NCBI GenBank assembly: GCA_947625885.1
Contig: CANQQA010000007.1
Coordinates: 26,555-90,554, forward strand
DNA length: 64,000 bases
From: an uncultured Bacteroidales bacterium
Lineage (GTDB): Bacteria > Bacteroidota > Bacteroidia > Bacteroidales > UBA11471
Direction: 5' to 3'
The position numbers and the translations under genes were made by a program. This document shows positions 20,900-31,814 of the stretch, piece after piece; positions within the stretch are counted from its first letter, which is position 1; every line of letters begins with the position of its first letter. The notes below the pieces were generated by a model. It was not told where the DNA came from and searched no databases. It was given only the letters and a program-made list of their open reading frames with translations.

Positions 20900-21750
20900 A
20901 TCCGCGTAGGTTTGTTTAGACTATCTCTGATACCGTAAACCTGATCCTTGACATATTGCGCCCACTCTTTCCGGCTCCTGCTCTTGTCGAAAGTCTGCCA
21001 CGGAATCCGTTTTCCGAAATGTATGGTAAACGTTTTGTTTTCGCTTTTGAACATTTCATCGGGCAGGTAAATGAGTTCGATGTTGAATTTCAATCCCAGC
21101 CGCTTGCGCCACTGCGCAAAACGGTAAAAAAAGCGGGAATTGTATCCTTCAAACCAGACCGGAATGACATCTCGCCGATGCCGGACACTTTTCGTAATGA
21201 ACGCTTTATTCCATTCCAAATCCTTGATTTCCCTGCCTTGCCGACGGGAAACGAGACCGGCAGGAAACACCGCCATTTGTCCGTCGCCGTCGTAGGCTTG
21301 CGTCAAAGCATCGGCATTGTCCTTATCCTGTTTGCCATAACTGTTGATAGGGAGGAAATTTTCCGTCAATGGCGTCATTGCCATAAGCAAATCATTGACA
21401 AGAATCTTGAAATCACGGTTGTATTTTTTACCCAAAACCGAAATGAGAGCCACCCCGTCGAGTCCGCCGAGCGGGTGATTCGAGGCGAAAATGAATCGCC
21501 CCGTCTTCGGAATATTTTCCTCTCCGTCGCATTGTACGCCGATATGGAGATACTCCAACAAGGAATCGGCAAAATCGACCCCTTTTTCGCGATGAATCTC
21601 CAAAAAGCGATTTATCCGGTCTTGTTGAATGATGTGTTTGAGATAATTGTAGAAAAATTTCGGTATGCGTTTTCCCCACTTTGCCGATTTTCCTTTCACA
21701 ACCGCCTCTACATCAATGCGCAAAGAGTTATCGTCTCCCATTGTTTCCAT
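20896..21750 (-). CDS. PlsC-family O-acyltransferase (GlsA-like)
   Basis: SNHPLGGLDG (HX4D), FPAGLVSR; -7 box TATCTTTG at 21763-21770 favours start at 21750. Confidence 0.85.
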   Translation of the reverse strand: METMGDDNSLRIDVEAVVKGKSAKWGKRIPKFFYNYLKHIIQQDRINRFLEIHREKGVDFADSLLEYLHIGVQCDGEENIPKTGRFIFASNHPLGGLDGVALISVLGKKYNRDFKILVNDLLMAMTPLTENFLPINSYGKQDKDNADALTQAYDGDGQMAVFPAGLVSRRQGREIKDLEWNKAFITKSVRHRRDVIPVWFEGYNSRFFYRFAQWRKRLGLKFNIELIYLPDEMFKSENKTFTIHFGKRIPWQTFDKSRSRKEWAQYVKDQVYGIRDSLNKPTRI

Positions 21751-21952
21751 GTAAAAAACGGACAAAGATAGTGAATCTTTGCGGAATAGCGCTTTTTATT
21801 TAGGAAAAATGACTTTTCTATTCTTTCCAAGAGCATTTTCAGAAAGGTGAAAGGAGCGATTCATTATAAATTGTTAAAAAATGCAAGGATTATTCTATTG
21901 TCCATGTTTTATTACTACCTTTACCACATGAAGTACCCGCTTGAATAAAACC

Positions 21953-22861
21953 ATGCAATCGACTGTATATCATATACCTGCATTACTTGGCGCCTGCATC
22001 GAAAATTTAGCGATACGTCCCGACGGAACGTATGTCGATGCCACATACGGCGGTGGCGGGCATTCCCGGGCGATATTGGAACGGTTGGGAACGAAAGGCA
22101 GGCTTTTTTCTTTCGACCAAGATGAAGACGTGTGCTCCCATACTATCGACGACCCGCGATTTACTTTCATTCACGGCAACTTTCGGTTTCTGAAAAATTT
22201 TATGCGTTACCACGAAGTCGAAGTCATAGACGGGCTGTTAGCCGACTTGGGGGTTTCGTTTCACCATTTCGATACATCGGAACGGGGGTTTTCGTTCCGG
22301 CTTGACGGGCATCTCGATATGCGCATGAACCGGCGGGCACAGCTTTCCGCTGCCGATGTCATAGCCGATTACCCGCAAGAAAAGCTGTCCGATATTTTCT
22401 ATCTGTACGGCGAGTTGCGCTCGGCTCGGAAAATCGCGGAGACCATTGTCGCCGCACGGCGGAAAAACAGAATCGAAACGACCGGGCAATTGGTGGAAAT
22501 CGTGTCGCCCTGCATCGACCGGAGGCAGGAGAAAAAAGAGCTAGCCTGCATATTTCAGGCGCTGCGCATCGAAGTAAACCGCGAAACGGAAGCGCTGCAA
22601 AAAATGCTTTCGTCGGCAGTAACGCTGCTGCGGCAAGGCGGACGCATAGCCATACTCACCTACCATTCGCTCGAAGACCGTATCGTCAAAAACTTTTTCA
22701 AGACAGGAAATTTCGAAGGACGCGTCGAAAAAGATTTTTTCGGCAAGGAATCAGCACCGCTGCGTCCCCTAAACAACAAAGTAATCGTGCCCGATGAGGA
22801 AGAAATAATCCGGAATCCGCGTGCCCGCAGTGCAAAATTGCGCGTGGCAGAAAAATTGTAA
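21953..22861 (+). CDS. rsmH: 16S rRNA m4C1402 methyltransferase
   Basis: YVDATYGGGGHS, DLGVS, LDMRM, FQALRIEVN, YHSLEDR, NPRARSAKLR. Confidence 0.97.
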   Translation: MQSTVYHIPALLGACIENLAIRPDGTYVDATYGGGGHSRAILERLGTKGRLFSFDQDEDVCSHTIDDPRFTFIHGNFRFLKNFMRYHEVEVIDGLLADLGVSFHHFDTSERGFSFRLDGHLDMRMNRRAQLSAADVIADYPQEKLSDIFYLYGELRSARKIAETIVAARRKNRIETTGQLVEIVSPCIDRRQEKKELACIFQALRIEVNRETEALQKMLSSAVTLLRQGGRIAILTYHSLEDRIVKNFFKTGNFEGRVEKDFFGKESAPLRPLNNKVIVPDEEEIIRNPRARSAKLRVAEKL

Positions 22862-22872
22862 CCGAAAAAAAC

Positions 22873-23265
22873 ATGGAACCCGAAGACGAGAAAGAGATAA
22901 AAAACGACACCCCGCAAAACTCTAAAAACTTTTTTCAGAAATATTGGGATTTGCTTTTTGCCGACGGCGAATTGGTGTCGGTCGATTTTCTTTTGCGGCA
23001 TTGGAAAACCTTTCTTTTCATCGTCATCATGCTGTTCCTCTATATCGGGAACCGATACAACTGCACTCGAAAAATGTTGGAAATAAAACGATTGCACGCC
23101 CAGATAGAAAATTTGCGAAACGAGTCGATAACGCTGTCGTCGGAACTCACCGGCATCGGACAGCCCTCCCAGATACAGCAGATGCTCGAAAGCAAGGGCA
23201 TAGAAATAGCCCCTGCCGTAACACCGTCGTACAAACTAATCCGTAAAAAATATGGCGACAAATAA
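22873..23265 (+). CDS. ftsL: FtsL-like cell division protein
   Basis: One TM (LYIGNRY) plus coiled coil, between rsmH and PBP. Confidence 0.8.
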   Translation: MEPEDEKEIKNDTPQNSKNFFQKYWDLLFADGELVSVDFLLRHWKTFLFIVIMLFLYIGNRYNCTRKMLEIKRLHAQIENLRNESITLSSELTGIGQPSQIQQMLESKGIEIAPAVTPSYKLIRKKYGDK

Positions 23266-25393
23266 GAGCAGCATCTATTCCCGATACTCGATAATCGTTG
23301 CATTCATAGCGCTTGTCTGCATCGCCATACTTTTCAGCATGGGGCGGACGATATTCGCCGAAGGAGAGGCTTGGCGACACAAAGCCGACTCGATAGGATT
23401 CCGCACGGAAACAGTGCCCGCCAAAAGAGGTGACATTCTGGCAACGGACGGACGGCTGTTGGCAACGACCGTTCCTATCTATACGATGTACATGGACATG
23501 GCGGTGACAGAAGCCCATAAAGATACGTTCAACCGCTATCTCGACCCGCTGTGCAAAGCTCTGGCACAAATGCCGGGCGAACATAATGCCGACGGTTATC
23601 GCCGCCTGCTCACAGCGGGATTTCATGCAAAAAACAAACGGTACTACCGGATTTCGACGCGGACGCTCTCTTATATGGAGAAACAACAGATTCTCTCCTA
23701 TCCGTTTTTCAACAAAAAAAATTCCAACCAAACCGGCATCATATTCGAGGAACAGTCGCGACGGAAAAGACCTTTCGGACTGGAAGCGGTAGCTACCATC
23801 GGCAATGCACGGGCAGCCGGAACAAGCGGCATAGAACTCGCTTGCGACTCGCTGCTGCGGGGGGTGCCCGGCTTACAGGAGAAACAGCGCAACCGCATAC
23901 CGTCGCAATACATCAATAAAATTCTCCGCGCGCCCATTGCCGGAAAAGACATCGTTACCACCATCGACGCCGACATACAGGACATGGCGGAGTCGGCTCT
24001 GATGAACAAACTGATACAGACCAATGCCGACTACGGCACGGCGGTCGTCATGGAAGTCGAAACGGGTGCCATACGGGCAATTGCCAACCTCGACAAACAG
24101 CGGGACGGCAGCTATGAGGAAATGGACAATCACGCCATAAGCGACTTCGTAGAGCCCGGCTCCACGTTCAAAACCGCCGCCATGATGGTGGCACTGGACG
24201 CCGGCGTGGTGCGTCCCGACGATAAGTTCGACACGGGAAACGGACTTTTCCACTATGCCGGCAGAGATATGAAAGACCATAACTATTCGCACGGCGGCTA
24301 CCACGAAATCACGGCGGCACAGGCAATATGGTATTCATCGAATATCGGTGTGTCGAAAGTCGTCCTTCGCGGATTCGAGCGCGAACCGAAAAAATTCGTG
24401 GACGGTCTGTATGCCATCGGACTGAACAAAGCCATCGACCTGCATCTGCCCGACGCCAGTGCTCCGCGCATCAAATACCCGACCCTGTCCGACGGAAAGC
24501 CCAATCCCGAATGGTGGAAAACCTCTCTCCCATGGATGAGCTTTGGATACGAAGTGTCGATACCGCCCATTTACACCCTGATGTTTTACAATGCCATCGC
24601 CAACGACGGCAAAATGATAACACCCTACGTCATCGCCGGCGTAAGTGAAGACGGAGAAATGGTGCAGAAATTCAAATCCGAAGTCGTCAATAGCCGGATA
24701 TGCAAATCGCAAACATTGAAAGAGATACGGCAGATGTTGAAAGATGTCGTGCTCTACGGCACGGCTCGCGGGAAAAATGCCGTCGGCTCCGACTATGTGC
24801 AAATCGCCGGCAAGACCGGAACGGCACAGATACACCAAAGCGATGCAGGCTACAAGGGAAACGGCGTACGGCACCGCGTATCGTTCTGCGGCTACTTCCC
24901 TGCCGACAATCCCAAATATTCCTGCATCGTGGTGATTTCCAATCCGAGAATCGGCTACCCTTCGGGAGGTACCATGTCGGGAGCCGTACTGCGCGAAATA
25001 GCCGAACAGCTCTATGCGCGCGGTTTCCTTTCGACTGATGAAACACTGCCAACTGATACGCTCTTGCCGCAAATGCCTTACATAAAAAACGGCAATTTAG
25101 CCGCGACTTCGCGCGTCTGCCGCACGCTCTCTTTGCCCTGCACGCCGCCCGAAACCGGCGCGGAATGGGTGCGGACAACGACAAAAGACAACTCAATTGC
25201 CTTGAACAAAATACCGGTCATCGACAACCTCGTACCGTCGGTGATAGGTATGGGAGCAAGCGATGCTCTTTATCTGTTGGAAGAAGCCGGCTTGTACGTG
25301 GAAATAGAGGGCAGCGGCAAAGTAACCAAACAATCCATTCCCGCCGGAAGACGGGCGCATAAAGGGGATTATATACGAATCGTATTGAGGTAA
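23252..25393 (+). CDS. ftsI: class B penicillin-binding protein with PASTA domain
   Basis: [16 protein letters not shown] (SxxK), SSN, GKTGTAQ. Confidence 0.92.
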   Translation: MATNKSSIYSRYSIIVAFIALVCIAILFSMGRTIFAEGEAWRHKADSIGFRTETVPAKRGDILATDGRLLATTVPIYTMYMDMAVTEAHKDTFNRYLDPLCKALAQMPGEHNADGYRRLLTAGFHAKNKRYYRISTRTLSYMEKQQILSYPFFNKKNSNQTGIIFEEQSRRKRPFGLEAVATIGNARAAGTSGIELACDSLLRGVPGLQEKQRNRIPSQYINKILRAPIAGKDIVTTIDADIQDMAESALMNKLIQTNADYGTAVVMEVETGAIRAIANLDKQRDGSYEEMDNHAISDFVEPGSTFKTAAMMVALDAGVVRPDDKFDTGNGLFHYAGRDMKDHNYSHGGYHEITAAQAIWYSSNIGVSKVVLRGFEREPKKFVDGLYAIGLNKAIDLHLPDASAPRIKYPTLSDGKPNPEWWKTSLPWMSFGYEVSIPPIYTLMFYNAIANDGKMITPYVIAGVSEDGEMVQKFKSEVVNSRICKSQTLKEIRQMLKDVVLYGTARGKNAVGSDYVQIAGKTGTAQIHQSDAGYKGNGVRHRVSFCGYFPADNPKYSCIVVISNPRIGYPSGGTMSGAVLREIAEQLYARGFLSTDETLPTDTLLPQMPYIKNGNLAATSRVCRTLSLPCTPPETGAEWVRTTTKDNSIALNKIPVIDNLVPSVIGMGASDALYLLEEAGLYVEIEGSGKVTKQSIPAGRRAHKGDYIRIVLR

Positions 25394-25404
25394 AACTATT
25401 GTAT

Positions 25405-26856
25405 ATGCAACTGAAAAATCTTCTTCAAGCTCTGAAAACGACCGCAGTCATCGGAAACGACAACATCGACATTACCGCCGTCGAAGCCGACTCCCGCCGT
25501 GTGGCAAAAGGCTCATTGTTCGTTGCCGTGCGCGGTACGGCAGTCGACGGGCATACCTTTATCGACAAAGCCGTAGCGCAGGGGGCTGCGGCAATCGTTT
25601 GCGAAGAACTGCCGGAAAACATTTCTCCGAATGTAACTTATATAACAACACACGATACACGGGAAAGTCTGGGACTTTTGGCGTCGGCATGGTACGGCAA
25701 CCCGTCGCAGGAGCTGACGCTCGTAGGCGTTACGGGAACGAACGGAAAAACCACGACCGCCACGCTGCTGTACGAAATGTTCCGCCTTTTCGGCGAAAAA
25801 GCAGGACTGCTCTCGACCGTATGCAATTACATCGACGACAAAGCCGTGCCCACCGACCACACGACACCCGACCCGCTGACACTTCACCGGCTGCTGCGGG
25901 AAATGGTCGATGCCGGCTGCCGCTACGCTTTCATGGAGGTGAGTTCGCACTCGGTCGATCAGAAGCGCATCGCCGGCTTGGATTTCGACGGCGCCATCTT
26001 CACTAACCTGACGCGCGACCATCTCGACTACCATAAAACCGTACAGGCTTACCTCAAAGCAAAAAAACAATTTTTCGACAACCTGCCGGAAACGGCTTTC
26101 GCCCTGACGAACGACGACGACAAAAACGGAGCCGTCATGCTGCAAAACACGCGGGCTTCGCGCCACAGCTACGCTCTCAACAGCCTCGCCGATTTCAAGG
26201 GACGCATCATCGAAAGCCGCCTCGACGGCACGACTCTCGAAATAAACGGACGGGAAGTAGAAGTGCAATTCGTCGGCAAATTCAATGCCTACAACCTGTT
26301 AGCAGTTTACGGAGCAGCCTGCCTGTTGGGCGAGAATCCTGAAAAAGTGCTGGTGAATCTGAGTTTGTTGGTACCCGTCTCGGGACGGTTCCAAACGCTG
26401 CACGCCCCGCAAAAATACACAGTCATAGTCGATTACGCACACACACCCGATGCGCTTACCAACGTGCTGACCTCGATAAGAGGCGTCGTCGGTCGTTCGG
26501 GGCAGGTGATAACAGTGGTCGGCGCGGGCGGCAACCGCGACAAGGGGAAACGCCCGCTGATGGCGCAAGAGGCGGTGAAATGGAGCGACCGCGTGATACT
26601 CACATCGGACAATCCGCGCTTCGAGAAGCCGCAGGACATTCTCGACGACATGCTCGCCGGTCTCGATGCGGCACAACGCCGCAAAACCCTGACTATCGTC
26701 GATAGAAGGGAAGCCATACGCACCGCCACGCAATTCGCGCAGGCGGGCGACGTGGTGCTCATTGCCGGAAAAGGACACGAAGATTATCAGGAAATCGAAG
26801 GTGTAAAACATCATTTCAACGACAAAGAAGAAGTAGAGCGTATATTCAACGAATAA
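25405..26856 (+). CDS. murE: UDP-MurNAc-tripeptide synthetase (meso-DAP)
   Basis: [34 protein letters not shown]. Confidence 0.96.
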   Translation: MQLKNLLQALKTTAVIGNDNIDITAVEADSRRVAKGSLFVAVRGTAVDGHTFIDKAVAQGAAAIVCEELPENISPNVTYITTHDTRESLGLLASAWYGNPSQELTLVGVTGTNGKTTTATLLYEMFRLFGEKAGLLSTVCNYIDDKAVPTDHTTPDPLTLHRLLREMVDAGCRYAFMEVSSHSVDQKRIAGLDFDGAIFTNLTRDHLDYHKTVQAYLKAKKQFFDNLPETAFALTNDDDKNGAVMLQNTRASRHSYALNSLADFKGRIIESRLDGTTLEINGREVEVQFVGKFNAYNLLAVYGAACLLGENPEKVLVNLSLLVPVSGRFQTLHAPQKYTVIVDYAHTPDALTNVLTSIRGVVGRSGQVITVVGAGGNRDKGKRPLMAQEAVKWSDRVILTSDNPRFEKPQDILDDMLAGLDAAQRRKTLTIVDRREAIRTATQFAQAGDVVLIAGKGHEDYQEIEGVKHHFNDKEEVERIFNE

Positions 26857-26862
26857 ATAATC

Positions 26863-28116
26863 ATGCTGTATCCCTTATTTCAATATCTCGACAATCTGGA
26901 TATTCCCGGAATGGGAGTATTCCGGTACATTTCGTTCCGGTCTGGAATGGCGCTTATCCTGTCGCTGTTCATCGCAACGATTATCGGCAAGCGCCTCATC
27001 GCCCGCCTGCAAAAAATGCAGATAGGCGAAACCGTGCGCAATCTCGGCATAGAAGGGCAACTGAGCAAAAAAGGCACCCCGACGATGGGAGGCATCATCA
27101 TCATCATATCCATTCTGGTGCCCTGCCTGCTGGTGGGACGCCTCGACAATATCTACATGATATTGATGCTGGTATCGACCATCTGGCTGGGAACAATCGG
27201 TTTTATCGACGACTACAAAAAACTGAAATTCCATAACAAGGACGGACTTTCGGGAAAATACAAAATCATCGGACAAGTAGGTTTGGGGCTGATAGTAGGG
27301 CTTACGCTCTACATGAGTCCGAATGTGGTGATTCGCGAAAACGTTACGGTACAGCACGACAACACGGCGGAAATACTCTATTCGCCGGAAAACATCAAAT
27401 CCACCCAGACGACGATTCCGTTTATGAAAAACAACAATTTCGACTACGCCGAACTCGTGCCTTTTCTCGGTGAACACGCCCAGACGGCGGGGTGGATTAT
27501 CTTTATCTTCGTAACGATTCTCGTGGTAACGGCTGTCTCCAACGGAGCCAACCTCACCGACGGACTCGACGGACTGGCAACAGGCAGCTCGGCAATCATC
27601 GGCATCGCACTGGCGATTCTGGCGTATCTGTCGGGACACATCGCGTATGCCTCCTATCTGAATATCATGTACATTCCGGGCACGGAAGAGCTGGTGGTAT
27701 TCTCCTGCGCATTCATCGGTGCGATCATCGGATTCCTCTGGTACAACGCCTTTCCCGCGCAAGTGTTCATGGGCGACACCGGCAGTCTGACGCTCGGCGG
27801 CATCATTGCCGTATTCGCCATGATTATCCACAAAGAGCTGCTGCTGCCGCTGTTGTGCGGAATCTTTTTGGTAGAGAGCCTTTCGGTAATCCTGCAAACC
27901 GGTTATTTCAAATATACGAAACACCGCTACGGGGCAGGACGGCGCATCTTCAAAATGACGCCGCTGCACCACCACTTCCAAAAAGCCGCCGGCGACGTGG
28001 AAGCGCTGATAAAAAAACCGCTGACGGCGATTCCCGAATCGAAAATCGTTATCCGCTTTTGGATTGTGGGAGTCATTCTGGCAGTATTGACATTGGTTAC
28101 ATTGAAAATGCGATAA
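26863..28116 (+). CDS. mraY: phospho-MurNAc-pentapeptide transferase
   Basis: KGTPTMGG, GFIDDY, NLTDGLDGL, VFMGDTGS, PLHHHF. Confidence 0.97.
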   Translation: MLYPLFQYLDNLDIPGMGVFRYISFRSGMALILSLFIATIIGKRLIARLQKMQIGETVRNLGIEGQLSKKGTPTMGGIIIIISILVPCLLVGRLDNIYMILMLVSTIWLGTIGFIDDYKKLKFHNKDGLSGKYKIIGQVGLGLIVGLTLYMSPNVVIRENVTVQHDNTAEILYSPENIKSTQTTIPFMKNNNFDYAELVPFLGEHAQTAGWIIFIFVTILVVTAVSNGANLTDGLDGLATGSSAIIGIALAILAYLSGHIAYASYLNIMYIPGTEELVVFSCAFIGAIIGFLWYNAFPAQVFMGDTGSLTLGGIIAVFAMIIHKELLLPLLCGIFLVESLSVILQTGYFKYTKHRYGAGRRIFKMTPLHHHFQKAAGDVEALIKKPLTAIPESKIVIRFWIVGVILAVLTLVTLKMR

Positions 28117-29460
28117 ATGGAAAAGAAAAAACGTATCGTAGTGCTCGGTGCCGGCGAAAGCGGTGCAGGAGCTGCCGTTTTGGCAAAGGTCAAAGGATTC
28201 GACGTATTCGTTTCGGATATGTCGTCGATAAAAGAACAGTATAAAAAACAGCTCGACGACTACCATATCGAATGGGAAGAGGGCAGACACACCGAAGAAA
28301 AAATCCTGAATGCCGACGAAGTGGTAAAAAGTCCGGGCATACCGGAGACTGCCCCGATGATACAGGCATTGGAAGGGAAAAACATTCCCATTGTCTCGGA
28401 AATAGAATTTGCCGGACGCTACACCCATGCCCGCATGATATGTATCACCGGCAGTAACGGTAAAACGACAACAACTCTGCTCACTTATCACATATTGAAA
28501 AAAGCGGGATTGAACGTAGGACTTGCCGGCAACGTGGGAAAAAGCCTCGCTTTCCAAGTCGCCACCGAAGAACACGACTACTATGTCATCGAATTGAGCA
28601 GTTTCCAACTCGACAATATGTACCGCTTCAAAGCCGATATTGCCGTGCTGCTCAACATCACCCCCGACCACCTCGACCGCTACGGGTACGAAATGCAAAA
28701 CTATGTCGATGCCAAATTCCGCATCACACAGAACCAAACCGAAAAAGATGCGTTTGTCTTTTGGAACGATGACCCCATTATCACGCGAGAGTTGTCGAAA
28801 CATTATTTGAAAGCGCGTCTCTATCCGTTTGCCGAGACAAAAGAATGCGGGGTGAAAGCCTACACCGAAAACGAACATCTCTATATCGAAACGCCCGACG
28901 ACATATTCGATATGGACGAAGAGCAGCTTTCGCTGCCCGGACGGCACAACCTGTACAACTCCATGGCAGCCGGCATCTCCGCCCGCATTCTCGAAATACG
29001 CAAAGATACGTTGCGGGAGGCGCTTTCCGATTTCGCCGGCGTAGAGCATCGGTTGGAGAAAGTAGCTTGCGTGCGGGGCGTCGCATTCGTAAACGACTCC
29101 AAGGCGACCAATGTCAATTCGTGCTGGTACGCCATGGAAAGCATGACCACGCCTGTCGTGCTGATTCTCGGCGGAAAAGACAAAGGCAACGACTACACCG
29201 AAATAGAACAGGTGGTGCGAAAAAAAGCGAAAGCCATCATCTGTCTGGGAGTAGATAACAGCAAACTGCACCGCTTCTTCGACGACAAAGTACCTTACAT
29301 CTGCGACGCCGCGTCGATGCGCGAGGCGGTCGATAAAGCCTTTGCTGCGGCAGTTCCGGGCGACACGGTGCTGCTCTCGCCCTGCTGCGCAAGTTTCGAC
29401 CTTTTCAAAAGCTACGAAGACCGCGGCACCCAATTCAAAGAGTGTGTACGTAATTTGTAA
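28117..29460 (+). CDS. murD: UDP-MurNAc-L-Ala-D-Glu ligase
   Basis: ITGSNGKTTT, ELSSFQL, NDSKATN, LSPCCASFD. Confidence 0.97.
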   Translation: MEKKKRIVVLGAGESGAGAAVLAKVKGFDVFVSDMSSIKEQYKKQLDDYHIEWEEGRHTEEKILNADEVVKSPGIPETAPMIQALEGKNIPIVSEIEFAGRYTHARMICITGSNGKTTTTLLTYHILKKAGLNVGLAGNVGKSLAFQVATEEHDYYVIELSSFQLDNMYRFKADIAVLLNITPDHLDRYGYEMQNYVDAKFRITQNQTEKDAFVFWNDDPIITRELSKHYLKARLYPFAETKECGVKAYTENEHLYIETPDDIFDMDEEQLSLPGRHNLYNSMAAGISARILEIRKDTLREALSDFAGVEHRLEKVACVRGVAFVNDSKATNVNSCWYAMESMTTPVVLILGGKDKGNDYTEIEQVVRKKAKAIICLGVDNSKLHRFFDDKVPYICDAASMREAVDKAFAAAVPGDTVLLSPCCASFDLFKSYEDRGTQFKECVRNL

Positions 29461-29470
29461 TCGAAATCCG

Positions 29471-30727
29471 ATGAGCAAAGAAAATTCCATATTCAAGGGC
29501 GACCGGTATCTGTGGGGTATATACTTCATGCTGTGCGTTATATCCATCATCGAAATATACAGTTCGTCGAGCTACCTGACGCGCTACGGCGGAAATTTTC
29601 TGAGACCGGCAATGCGCCAAATCGGACTTGTCATCTTCGGTACGACACTGGTGGTGTGTATGCACAACATACATTATAAATGGAGCAAACTGCTCATGCT
29701 GGGACTCACGCCGCTTACGCTGCTGCTGCTTATCTGGGCATTGTTTCTCGGTCGGTGGCTGGACTTCGGCTTTTCGGTACAGCCGTCGGAATTGGCGAAA
29801 CTATCGGTGATTCTCTTGCTCGCATTCATTTTGGCAAAATACCAAGACCCCGAACGAAAAGGCGCGGGAACAAAAGCCTTCAAATACAGTCTCATCGTTA
29901 CCGGAATTGCCTGTCTGCTGATAGTCAAAGACAACCTCTCCACCGCCTTGTTGGTCGGTGTCGTGAGCTTCTGCATGATGATAATAGCAAAAGTGGAGTG
30001 GAAAAAACTGCTCTTGCTGGCAGCCGTCGTCATGGCAGCCGTCGTCGTCCTGCTGTCGGTGTCGGTAATGGTTTACAAATACGAAGAAGCTGTGAAAAAA
30101 ACATTTCCGGTATTGGGTAAAACCCGTATGGCGACATGGGGCGGACGCTGTGCCCGATTCTTCGAAAGCAACGATAAAAAAGCGTACGAAGAAGCGATTG
30201 TCGATGACAATTACCAAGAGCAGCACGCCTATATGGCAGTGGCAAACAGCAAAGGCGTCGGGGTGTGGCCCGGCAACAGCCGTGCCCGGGATTTCCTGCC
30301 CGAAGCCTATTCCGATTTCATCTACGCCATCATCATCGAAGAAACGGGCATTCTCGGCGGAATTTTCGTCATGGCGCTTTACATCTCGCTACTGCTGCGC
30401 GCCGGCTCCATTGCCCGACAATGCGACAAAGCCTATCCGGCATTCCTGATAACCGGACTGGCTACCATGATTGCCTTTCAGGCATTGATAAACATGGGCG
30501 TGTCGGTAGGACTTTTCCCCGTCACGGGACAGCCTCTGCCGCTGGTCAGTCGGGGCGGTTCATCGTTTATGGTAATAAGCGCTTACTTCGGAATCATGTT
30601 GAGTATAAGCCGGTTTGCCAAACAGACAGGCATAGAAGATGCCGATACTTCGACAGAAGACGACAACGATATATCAGCCCCCAACCCCGTACAAAAAATA
30701 AATGAATATGATGAAAGTACTGATTAG
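29471..30727 (+). CDS. ftsW: SEDS peptidoglycan polymerase
   Basis: QPSELAK, LPEAYSDFIY, PVTGQPLPLVSRGGSS; start at ATG 29471. Confidence 0.93.
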   Translation: MSKENSIFKGDRYLWGIYFMLCVISIIEIYSSSSYLTRYGGNFLRPAMRQIGLVIFGTTLVVCMHNIHYKWSKLLMLGLTPLTLLLLIWALFLGRWLDFGFSVQPSELAKLSVILLLAFILAKYQDPERKGAGTKAFKYSLIVTGIACLLIVKDNLSTALLVGVVSFCMMIIAKVEWKKLLLLAAVVMAAVVVLLSVSVMVYKYEEAVKKTFPVLGKTRMATWGGRCARFFESNDKKAYEEAIVDDNYQEQHAYMAVANSKGVGVWPGNSRARDFLPEAYSDFIYAIIIEETGILGGIFVMALYISLLLRAGSIARQCDKAYPAFLITGLATMIAFQALINMGVSVGLFPVTGQPLPLVSRGGSSFMVISAYFGIMLSISRFAKQTGIEDADTSTEDDNDISAPNPVQKINEYDESTD

Positions 30728-31814
30728 CGGAGGCGGTACGGGCGGACACATATTTCCCGCCATATCCATTGCCAACGCCGTGAAAGAAAAATGTCCCGAT
30801 GCCGAAATTCTTTTTGTCGGCGCAGAAAACCGTATGGAAATGGAAAAAGTACCGGCTGCCGGATATAAAATCGAAGGGTTGCCGGTAAGCGGTTTTTCCC
30901 GCCGGCAGATATGGAAAAACGTGCGGGTACTTTACCGTCTGTTCAAAAGCATTCGCATGGCACGGAGAATCATCGACCGCTTTCAGCCCGATATTGCCGT
31001 AGGCGTAGGAGGCTACGCCAGCGGTCCCACCCTGTGGGCTGCGGCAAAAAAAGGTGTGCCGACACTTATACAGGAACAAAACTCGTATGCCGGCGTAACC
31101 AATAAACTGCTGGCATCGAAAGCGGAGAAAATATGCGTCGCCTACGAAAACATGGAGCGCTTTTTCCCGAAAGAAAAAATCGTACTTACGGGCAATCCGG
31201 TACGGCAGGACTTGTTGGAAAGCAGTACCACGCGCGAGGAGGCGATACGTTTTTTCGACCTCGACCCGCAGAAGAAAACGATTCTCATCATAGGCGGCAG
31301 CTTGGGTGCACGCACACTGAATCAAAGTGTTATCGACTATCTCTCCCACATACCGGAAGATGTGCAAATCATCTGGCAAAGCGGCAAATATTACGATGAA
31401 ACCGCCCGTGCAGCGCTGAAAGGGAAAAAACGTTTCCACATCATACAGATGCCGTTCATCGCCCGCATGGACATGGCATACCGTGCTGCCGACTTGGTGA
31501 TTTCACGGGCTGGCGCCGGAACCATTTCCGAACTGTGCCTGCTGGGCAAAGCGGCGATACTCGTGCCTTCGCCTAACGTTGCCGAAGACCATCAGACAAA
31601 AAACGCAAAAGCCCTTTCGAGCCGAGGCGCCGCCCTGTTCATTTCCGACAGCGACGCTGTCGATTTGCTTATGAACAAAGCCATCAACACGGTACGGCAA
31701 GACGCCTTGCTGGCGAATATGCGGAAACAAATCTCCCTGTTGGCGCAACGCGATTCGGCAGCCCGCATCGCCGACATCGTGCTCCATATCATCACCGAAA
31801 AACAATCGAAATGA
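30702..31814 (+). CDS. murG: lipid II GlcNAc transferase
   Basis: GGGTGGHIFP, GGYASGP, GGSLGA, SRAGA, EDHQTKNA (true start may be 30708 or 30711). Confidence 0.96.
   Translation: MNMMKVLISGGGTGGHIFPAISIANAVKEKCPDAEILFVGAENRMEMEKVPAAGYKIEGLPVSGFSRRQIWKNVRVLYRLFKSIRMARRIIDRFQPDIAVGVGGYASGPTLWAAAKKGVPTLIQEQNSYAGVTNKLLASKAEKICVAYENMERFFPKEKIVLTGNPVRQDLLESSTTREEAIRFFDLDPQKKTILIIGGSLGARTLNQSVIDYLSHIPEDVQIIWQSGKYYDETARAALKGKKRFHIIQMPFIARMDMAYRAADLVISRAGAGTISELCLLGKAAILVPSPNVAEDHQTKNAKALSSRGAALFISDSDAVDLLMNKAINTVRQDALLANMRKQISLLAQRDSAARIADIVLHIITEKQSK

Noticed and set aside
26856-26863. murF and ddl missing from the dcw cluster
   Set aside because: Normal for Bacteroidales, where these genes lie elsewhere
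26875-29550. 891-aa antisense ORF over mraY-murD
   Set aside because: Shadow frame of conserved genes caused by codon bias; no protein-like motifs
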